Shown here: piece after piece, positions 54,576 through 64,000 of the stretch
How positions within the stretch are numbered: the stretch's first letter is position 1
Layout: each line of letters opens with the position of its first letter
Assembly: GCF_003704095.1 (NCBI RefSeq)
Contig: NW_020846227.1
Location: 186,001 to 250,000, forward strand
Direction of reading: 5' to 3'
From: Pocillopora damicornis
Lineage: Eukaryota
DNA length: 64,000 nucleotides
Translations under genes and position numbers: made by a program
The notes under the pieces: generated by a model
Told to the model about the DNA's origin: nothing
Databases searched by the model: none
The model's input: only the letters and a program-made list of their open reading frames with translations

Positions 54576-57500
54576 ATCTGGGAATTCACTTAGTGTTCTT
54601 CGTCATGCTGTCAAGGGGCTACAATAATTTTATTAACGTTGTAGTTACACTGACATATACTGCTTTCTGCTGCCTGTAAATTATGTATGAAAAGGCTTAA
54701 AGTTGGTTAATTGTTGGCTTATGCCTGCGGGATGCCCGCCCTTCGTATTTCCTGAGTGATTTCACTGTCTATAATTTTATCCAGAAAAGTAGATTTATTC
54801 TTACGTTGGAAAAATATTTACACAGGCACTGATAAAAAGCAAAATGCACGTACATATGGTCAAATTTTGGACCGTTAATAAGCCCCGAGTTCTCAGCAAA
54901 GCTGGTACGTGACGGCATCTTTTCAGTCTAAATTATGACAATTATGTGATAGGTTATTCCCCTTCTAAAAGAAAGGAAGGCAGATGAATACTAGGAAAAC
55001 TGTCTGACAACCAGAATTATTATACTGACTAAATTTACCTTCTCAATTTCGTTTCTGTCAATTTTTAAAGCTGTTCAGAAATTTCCAGCGTCAGAAACAT
55101 AGGGAGAAAGCAAACACACACTACCTGCTGAGTAGTGAGTAGTGTCCAGGCTTCCGGGGTTTTTTCTTTGCCTTTTTCTCTTTTGTCGTCGACTATTTTT
55201 TTAATCCGACCGACTGACCCACATTCTTGTGAGGAAAGGCAATGCGGAAGCCATACATTTCACATAGATGGCTTGTTTTTAATTTTTTTTTCTACATTTT
55301 TTTAAGCGAGGCATCTTTTATTTGACCTGTTTAAGTAGCTCCTGCTAAATATAGAGTTGACATGACAATAGTCAATGAAAATATTGTTCCTATCAACAGA
55401 TTAGTAGATTTTGAACAAGAAGATCAGTGCGGGTCATTCTCGACTAGAGTGGCAGTGATTTAGGAAACATCACGAAAATGCTTACTGTGCTAAACTCCAC
55501 GGGCTCCATAATTTTCGTTTTAAAATATTCAAAATTTCTATAAGGTATTTCACACTTCCGAGCAGGTAGGGTCAAAGTCATTACGAATTAAATCAGTTAA
55601 TCATATTTTTTACTTTCATGACTTGACCTGCTGATCTTCACAGGTAAATTGCCTCNNNNNNNNNNNNNNNNNNNNNNNNNNNNNNNNNNNNNNNNNNNNN
55701 NNNNNNNNNNNNNNNNNNNNNNNNNNNNNNNNNNNNNNNNNNNNNNNNNNNNNNNNNNATAATTCTGCCTCTACATGACGATGAATAGCGTTTCCGATCC
55801 TCACAGATGAACTCCAATTAAAAAAATTCAAAATGACAGGAACAAACTTGCCTCACTTATGACACGAGCCTTTGTAGCTCATTTGGTATTATCTTCGAAC
55901 TCAATCATGTCGAACAACTCGAGAAATATTTCAGGAAAATGGAAGTTCCTTTTGTCGCCGTTCTGAAGTTATACACTCCTCAGCAAATGGGAGGTACTAG
56001 TGTAAGACTAAGCAGAAAATATTTTAGGATTCTCTTTACCTCGTTTCTGTGTTTGCATTTCCCCAGTAATCATCTTTCTGATCTGTTTCTCTCTCTCTAT
56101 CTTTATCATTGTTATTTATATTTTTTCCGAAAGGAACGTAACATAACGCGATAGTCAGATTAATCTCATTTCAAAATCTCTAATTGTTTTGGCTTCATAT
56201 TTAGGTTTTACTCAGTCAGTCAATACACTACGACGCCGACGTGAAGATCACCAACACCTGAGCTGAGTCCTGTCCGAGCGAGTCTCGTTCTAGCTCTCGA
56301 GAGCTATCGACGAATGTCTTGGTTGAGATTTGAATTTAACACTAAGCTGCGTTTCTAAAGGTGAGTGAAGCAAGTTAATATGTTAAGAAGATGCCAATGG
56401 AAGACTCTTTTAGGATCACGTCAATTGACGTGATTCTCCCATAATGATTGTTTAGCCCATTTAGTTGTCTCCGGTAACACTAAGGAAAATGTGCAGCTTT
56501 TGATAGCCGTCATGTTCATGCGTATAATGGCATACTGGAGAATTAAATTTTCTGCATATCTTACCATATGTGAAATATAATCGTGACCCATGTGTTGTAT
56601 GAAAATGGAAACAAAGTTTAGCGGAACTCGTCGGGTGACTTTGGTCTTCGACTGATAACCTCATTTCCTCATGTGTGAATTATGAACTTTTAAACTCGTA
56701 AAATTTATGATCATTTTTTTAGTTTACAATTGACGCACATTGGGAGAAGTCATTTTTTTGACTTTCCAAGCTTAGCGTCAGTCTCTAGCGACAGTCTCGT
56801 GGCATTGTCAGAGCATGCAGTAAGTTGAAAATTGACAGTACTATCAATTTTCAACTTACTCGGTGGCCAGTGTGAGCTACGAGAACATATCACTCCCTTG
56901 AATTTGATAATTTTTGCGCGCAAAATTGTTCCTATAATCAAGAAGAGTGCATGAGTTGCACAGTAGAAGACACTCGAGTTTTTATATGTGTAAACACATT
57001 AATAAACTGTGAAATAAATTTACAAGTCAAAGTATTTTACGGAAAAATTCAGTGCTTTAGCTGCCCTAGAATTTTTATGTTGGGATGTTAAGTGCTATTA
57101 TAAATATATTTTTTCTTCAAGTTTCAACCAATTTTATGACCAAAGTTTGAGTGTTATGCTTGCTCAAACATTTGTGTTTAGTAATGTTGAGTGATTCCGC
57201 ACTAATTTGGATTTTGTCCCGATGCATTTGCGTAAAGTTAAATAGATCGATATCGTCACAAGATCATAACTTTGATATTTATACGTCTAAAGTTTCATTC
57301 ATAAAGAAAATTAACAACAAAAGTTCGAGTTTGAAAATAGGCCCTTTGGGAGAAGGGGGTGTGGGGGGAGGGGAGGGAGAGGTGAAAGTTTGTGTTACGG
57401 TTTGCTGTCAATGTCTTGAAGCAACAACCATAACTTCTTTACGTGAGAACTTTTCTTTTCATGTTGATCCTCTGCTTTGACGGATTATGGTGTACATGAA

Positions 57501-59019
57501 ACCATAGAAAGGAATAAATGTTAGTATTACCGCCGACATATACACCCCGTGCAAAACATCGGGTCTGGAAAGAAACCTTATCGAAGGTGCTAAATATTGC
57601 AATTTAGGACTTCCCCCAGGCTGAATAATAGGGTGTCCATGTGCCTCCTCCCCTCCCCCCTCCCTCCCCCCTTACCTCTCGTGCGATCACACGCAGTGAC
57701 TGCAATCCTGTAATAGCTGAGGTCTGCAATAGAAACAGTTTGCGACTTTGTGGCGCCGATGAATTTTATCTAAACAAAAACAAGGTGACTGTATACAATC
57801 AGCCTTTTTAAAGGAAATTGTTCGTCATTGATCTGGAGCAGATTTTTTGTGGAAATAATTGGTGATTAAACAGAAAACTGATAGAAATCGCACACCGAAA
57901 AACTCCTCATAATTCTCTTCTTATTTCCGAAAATTTTAAAAATGCCGACTTTTGTGACCGAAATCATAGCCTCATTTTGCGGAGCGGTTTGCGTCTCCAA
58001 TAGTAACTTGAGCAAACTCTTCAGGATAAATTTACTTTGCGGACAAAGACTTTTTTAAAGAAGCTTAAAGTTGAAACTGCATTCCCTATAAAAATACTTT
58101 GGTCGAGAGCCCAAACAACGTGCGCTGATCTCGCGAGATTTCGAGTGCCTTCCTCATGTTTACCAAACCACTCCCACAAATACGACACCACTGTAAACTG
58201 ACCTACAAGAAACAGGAAATAGCTTATAATTCAATGAATGAAAAAGAAAACAGGAAAAGAGCAATACTGGTATCGTTGTTCAAACAGAATGATGATAACG
58301 TATTTTGCCTTAGCGTTTGAACATAATGAAAATGTTAAGTTTCACTTAAGGCCTAACTGCTTTGAGAAGGAGCCAAATGAAGAATTTGAAAGCTTCGCTC
58401 GATTTTGGTCAGAAAAACTCGAAGACAACTTCACCGTTGATGTCGTTTCACTTTGTTAGTTATAAATACCATCAGGGAATATTATGATGTAATACCGCTG
58501 AACAGGGTGTAGTTTATCTATTGTCTTGTAAATAAGGTATAGCACTCTAACGAAAAGCAAAAGACGTAACATAGGAAACCCGAAAAAAGAAACAAAAAAA
58601 AAATCAAATAAAAAAAAACAAACAAACAAACAAAATAAAACAAATAAACAAAAAAAAGAAGAGAGTTGGACTAACCTCATGGACTCCAGGTTTGTACCTT
58701 GTCCTCCTTCCTCTGCGCCAGTAAGGATGGCCTCTTAGCTATATTTTCCTTGTGTTTCTTGCTCGTAGTCAATAGATACATTTTTTGAATCAGCGCATTT
58801 TGCTCGTCCACTCTTTCTAAGTTCAATTCGTCGCGACAGTTAAAAGAAATCGGTTAAGGAATCAAGCCAGTGTCTCTTGCACACAATAGCGCCGATTTTA
58901 ATATTTTTTTGTTGATTCAATTTCATTTGAATATAAGAACAGCTAAAGCAAACTACTAGTAGTCTAATATCTAAAATAGTTGGTCGAGGAAAAAAAAACG
59001 AAAAAATTCGAGAAACTTA

Positions 59020-59669
59020 GGCCCCGTCCACACGTATCCGGATAAATTTGAAAACGGATAAATATTTATCCGTTTTCAAATTTATCCGCGTCCACACGTT
59101 GCCGTTTGTGAATCGTTTTTGGTGTCCATACGTAAACGCAAAAACGATTTGAAAACGATGACGTCGCCTACTGAGCATGCTCTTTAGAACAAAACATGTG
59201 CCCACAGTCTCGCGTATCCTGAGCCTGAATCCTCTTGGCTATGCTCTTGGGCTTTTCAAACTTATCAACAGTGTTCGCATGGCCAGAAATCCGTGACAGC
59301 ATGGCCGCCACGCACGCGCATCGATGTCGAACTCGGTCTTAGGTTACAAACGAGTCGCAAAATCACCACAAGGAAAACAGGGCACTTTCAGCTAACCTTC
59401 TTTTAATAATTGCTCCTGTGGCCGAGAGCACGCGTTGGACTAGGTTTGAATTGTTACGTCATCGTTTTCAAATCGTTTTCAAATTTATCCGGATAAGGCG
59501 TCCACATGGAGACGCTTAGCCAGCGTTTTCAAATTTATCCACTCTGGAGAACGTTTTCAAATTTATCCGTTTTCCGTGTGTGAAAACGCCGTTTACGTGT
59601 GGACGGAACCCGTAACCGTATAGATATTTATCCGTTTTCAAATTTATCCGGACACGTGTGGACGGGGCC
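59020..59669. mobile_element. PIF/Harbinger-type non-autonomous element (MITE)
   Basis: About 47-bp TIR ggccccgtccacacgtatccggataaatttgaaaacggataaatat with one mismatch; TTA target duplication at 59017-59019 and 59670-59672; subterminal cgttttcaaatttatcc repeats. Confidence 0.9.
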
Positions 59670-60489
59670 TTAATCCGCATCAAGAAGGAATACGACAAGT
59701 GTTGATTTATCCGGTAAGATGGCGATTAAACATTTTTTCTGTTATGCTAATTACGCTTGAAAAACATGAACAAGACGTCATTTGCACATTAACAGTTTCG
59801 TTCATTGTTTATCACAATCACCGTGACTATTTGCAAAATATAAACAATTTATCTCTAAAGCCAGGTTCTTAAAATATCTGGTAGTAATCTAATCTTAAGG
59901 AGAGACTTACATTTAAATAATGATGCAGTATATTAAGGAGACAAGAACTTTTCATGTAAAGTTGGAAGACTCCAGAAGATATATTTTTGGAATAGCAACT
60001 ACTTTTGAACAAATAATTTGCATTTTTGAGTGTCTGAGTTAAAAAATAGGTACAAAAAAGGTTGCTCGCGGCTAATTCATTTTTGATCCTAATAATTATA
60101 GGTTTTCACTTTTAGCTGGACCTCCAGGGGGAGAAACATTCTTATACATGCTTGAATAACGAAATCAAGAATCTTCTCTCTGTCTAAGATTTGACTGAAT
60201 TTCATCGTTTGATGAAGCATTTTTCAGGACATTTCAAAAAAAATATTTATCGCTAGTTTTTGGACAACACTGTTTAAACTTGTGGCTCCACCGAAGTGCT
60301 AAACGATTTAGGGAAAGCTGTCCCAAAACGTTTCCGATTTACGTAGTACTACAAAAATGAGGACTGAAACTTCGGGATCTATAATTGTATATATTATATC
60401 TATCAAAAAATAAATCACTGTTTGGTGTCAATTTCATTTCAATAAAACAAAGTTAAAACATCATTGTGTAGGAATGAAAACAACCGTAT

Positions 60490-61704
60490 CTACAAATAAA
60501 TCACTTTTGTTTTCTTTTTGTTTTTCTTTTGTGATTTTTTAGCGGGTTTGCTTTTCGTGTCTTGCACGAAAACCTCTCCCGCTGAAGAGAGATTATTCCT
60601 CGAAATTGTCTGATAACATTCAGGTTTTTGATCGGCTTGTATTATTGACTGTCGATAGCGCTGAATAGAGTCTCCTCTATCAATGACATTTCTTGTTCCG
60701 ATCCCCAGATCGCACGGGAAAAGTTTTCTAGCAATTTTCGCCAGTGTTTTCCGCATTTCTGTGTTTCTGTAAGCATATATATAGGGATTTATAGCACTAC
60801 TGCTGTATTGTAAGAACTTGAGGAACTTGACCAGATGCAGAAGAGCAGGCGGGGACGGTAAACACCTCAAGCAAAACGTAGCAATAACGGTAACGACGAA
60901 GAATGGAAACCAAGCAGTTACAAAGAGGACAGTGATTACCGCCACCGTGATAGCAACGTTAAGTTCCTTGATCGCTCCACCGGGAGTCAGCCCACAGCGC
61001 TTGGAAGAACTTGTCTTGCGCCTTCTGCCCTGAAACCGACTGATTTTGAAAATATAGCAGTAGGAAGTCACAATGATTACCAACGGAGAGCAACAACAGG
61101 ATACGAATAAAGCTACGGTGTAGCTCTTCCGCCATGTCTCCGTTTTCGCCTGCAACGGTTGTAGAGCTGCCATCGTTAAAGCGCAGAGCCATGAAACCAG
61201 CAACATGATGCAATAGACATATTGCGGCAACTTGCGATGAAACAGCGGCCATTGCGTCGAGAGGAAACGTTCCAAAGCGATAGCAGTGAGCTGCAGGATT
61301 GACGCACATCCTGCGAAAATGTCAAAGCTTATGTAAATCAAATACGTTGAGTAACAGTGACCCGCCGTTATATCTGCGTGCGAAACTATGAACGTCCAGA
61401 ATGGAACTGCGAAAGCTCCTACTAGCAAATCGCTGGCCGCGAGGCCGAGGATCAAGATATTTGTGGCAGTTCGTAGCCTGGCGTTCGCAGCGAAGGCTGC
61501 AATCACTGAGCCGTTACCTAACAGGGTTACCGGTATAAGTATTGCGTAGCATGAAGCAACGACCACAGAAACTGCAGAACTCGCGAAAAGTCTTGGGTCA
61601 TCGCACGGGGAACGGAAAGACGGCGTCGTTGGTAAAGCCATTGAATTCAAATTCGAGGAATTAATCCTTGAGTTGTTGCGATGAGTTTCTGATAAAGCAG
61701 CCAT
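60490..61704 (-). CDS. Class A GPCR, intronless CDS, aminergic-like (D3.32, ERF motif)
   Basis: 404-aa ORF: GN in TM1, LAASDLLVG in TM2, FDIFAGCASILQLTAIALERF in TM3, AWFPFF in TM6, NPYIY in TM7. The start could be 61704 or 61641. Confidence 0.93.
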   Translation of the reverse strand: MAALSETHRNNSRINSSNLNSMALPTTPSFRSPCDDPRLFASSAVSVVVASCYAILIPVTLLGNGSVIAAFAANARLRTATNILILGLAASDLLVGAFAVPFWTFIVSHADITAGHCYSTYLIYISFDIFAGCASILQLTAIALERFLSTQWPLFHRKLPQYVYCIMLLVSWLCALTMAALQPLQAKTETWRKSYTVALFVSCCCSPLVIIVTSYCYIFKISRFQGRRRKTSSSKRCGLTPGGAIKELNVAITVAVITVLFVTAWFPFFVVTVIATFCLRCLPSPPALLHLVKFLKFLQYSSSAINPYIYAYRNTEMRKTLAKIARKLFPCDLGIGTRNVIDRGDSIQRYRQSIIQADQKPECYQTISRNNLSSAGEVFVQDTKSKPAKKSQKKNKKKTKVIYL

Positions 61705-62950
61705 TTCCGAAACAGTTACTACATGGTTCTCAAGCTTAGGCGATGAAACGTGCCTGTTTGTCCACCTTTAATCGACCTTTCTACCACATTATTCATCACT
61801 GATCTGCTGATCTATCACCACGGAAAAACAACAACAGACACATTCAATTTGTCTTCAAAGCTACTTCGTTTTAAAATGTCTCCTTCTTTCTTCCTTATCG
61901 TTGCGTGTAGTTAGCCTTGCATGAATGAAAGAGGTTGTTATGCATTAAAAATCGATAACAAATTCCCGAAATTCTTGTGCATGGTAAAGTACCATTCAAT
62001 TGAGGCTGCACTGTATAAATAAGAAAGGTTAATAAGATAATTGAAATAGTCGGCAGTCTGCTGAAATGCTCAGTCATCTGCATGGAAAAAAAAACATTTT
62101 GTCAGCTAATTATCCTCATAACCTGAAATTCTCGGAAGAAAACAACAGGAATAAATGAAGTATATATTTTTTTCCTCACGGCGGATTTTGGAAAATTAAA
62201 TATTAAACGCCTGCAAACAGAACATATGCACAGATATCATAAAACTTTCCAATTATATCGGTTTAAGATTCAAATGAATAATTCAGGAGCAGGTGGTAAG
62301 CGATATTTTCCTTGGGGGAATAGTCTTTTCTGCAAATGAACTCAATTTTTGACCTAATTGAATTTAGTAATAAAAAATAATTTTATCGGTTAGGCACATC
62401 AAATTCTTTTCCGTCCAGCTTGCCGCGGATGTGTGACTTCTGATTCGATCTCTGACAAAAAAAAATTATGGATGAAAAAAAATATTGTTACTTGAAAACG
62501 AGGCAGCGTTATCAGAAAACCGCTGTTTGTTGCTCAGATTAATTCTTTGCCGTTTAACAATATATCAATTTCTGTAGTTTTGCTGAGAAAGCAGTTAGTA
62601 ACTCCTGCTTTAGAAATAGAGACTGAAACGTTTAATTTTCAGGATACAGCTGAACAGAACAGAGCTTTCCCCGTCTGATATGTAACTTTGATTAGACTTT
62701 GAAATGCTATCAAGTCACGTAAAGACGAATGTGTTGACAAATTAAAATTAAGATTGTTATCGGTTAAATTGCGATTTACTGAGTAAATGTTTATTTGATT
62801 TGGTCCAAATCATCAATTTGTAATTCTTGTGCTTTTTAAATGTGGCGGGGAAATCTTTCTTGGAATTAACCCTTTGTCATCATTGACTCCTTGCTAAGCT
62901 TTAGCCTCCGAGGAGCCTCTCATTACTTGCGTTTCTGCACTAGCGTTTCT

Positions 62951-63080
62951 TAGCCTGCAGGAAAGTATGAGGCTCTGAGCGACGCGGGCCGACGAGAGGT
63001 CCGACAAACCTCTCCCCGATTCGTCTCAAGTCTTACTGGGAGCGGAGAAACTCGCGTCTTGATGGCCTGGCCACAGGCTA
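62951..63080. mobile_element. Short TIR element (tagcctg..caggcta)
   Basis: 7-bp terminal inverted repeat including flanking TA around a GC-richer 130-bp core; similar termini at 5176 and about 19985-20000. Confidence 0.4.
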
Positions 63081-64000
63081 CCAGTTACTAAACTTAAACA
63101 TGAAGCAGAGTACTCTCGCAACGGGCAACTTAAGAACTGGTGTTACACATTTGATTTGATCACCAAGTTGTGCACCGTCTTCTTCCGCATGAATTTTTCT
63201 ATCATTTTCTACTAAAATTTTTTTATTATTTAACACAGGGTTAAGATTTTCATCCGGGTTTCTCAGTTATTCCTTTGTTCAGATTATCTTCGCTGTTCTT
63301 TTTAGAGCACCTAATCATCAATTTGTAGATAAAAAGAAGTATGCTGAATTTTCTTTTGGAGCTTTCACATCTGAATTCAGATTTCGCACTGACGTAGGTT
63401 GTCTAAATCAACACAGAGGTCAAAGGTCTGCGCATGTGCGAACGTTGTAAAGACCAGGTGGTGACCTTCCGTCAGAACCAAGTTGTCACAAAAGTACGAA
63501 CAACCCTCAAGCCAGTGAGTCACGGTGTTTTGACATATTTGAGGCGTATTCCCTTTTTGGTAAAGCTCCAAATAGAACGATAAATCAGCAGGATATCCAT
63601 ACTTGAATAAGGTTAGTGTTTGAAAGTGTCGAGTTTCCTTTCCCACTCTTTTGTTTTGTTTCCTTTTAAAGATTTCCACGAGCGTTTAAATTTATATTTC
63701 GCTTTTTTGCAAGACAGCGGTTGTTTTTAATGTTTCTTTTAAAAATTTTGCACCGCAAATTGAAGCGCACGCCCATAATTGAACCCCCTCCCTGCGCATG
63801 CCCTAAGTTTGACCGCTGTGTTATCTTGACTCAGCTTTGAACAACCCGGCCGCGACAAGATTATCAGACTGTATTTTCATGGGCCATAAGATTAGCTGAA
63901 TTGCAAAGCATCATGTAATTTCCCTCGGTGGTTTTGGTTGCTCCATCACTATATAATCCCTTGAACAACACATGCGCATCATACGGTTGTAATGAGAAAT

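Noticed and set aside
59017-59698. ORFs sharing RINLKTDKYL
   Set aside because: Translations of the MITE terminal inverted repeats.
63377-63679. 100-aa minus-strand ORF
   Set aside because: GTG start, no recognisable domain and no splice support.

Overview
AT-rich animal genomic DNA with six scaffold gaps of about 100 N. Gene content and repeat families suggest a stony coral (inference). Left to right: MBIP (-, partial) with a histone H4 and a histone H2B gene nested antisense in one intron; POLR2G/RPB7 (+); an uncharacterised protein with a TIA-1/Nam8-like RRM (-); MRPL4 (+); HYLS1 (-); RNASET2 (+); an intronless class A GPCR with an NRY motif (-); TKFC/dihydroxyacetone kinase (+); an intronless PPP1R27/MYPT-like ankyrin protein (-); a long gene-poor region; and a second intronless class A GPCR (-). 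Introns of the housekeeping genes hold many TTAA-flanked piggyBac-type MITEs of three related families, plus tRNA-derived SINEs and three palindromic elements built from head-to-head hammerhead ribozyme units. A PIF/Harbinger MITE and a 5'-truncated L2/CR1 LINE lie in the right half. The most notable items are the orphan H4+H2B pair inside the MBIP intron with discordant 3'-end signals, and a TSD-flanked palindromic hammerhead element that keeps its cleavage site on only one strand. Exon boundaries were read by eye and gene identities rest on recalled protein motifs, not database searches.
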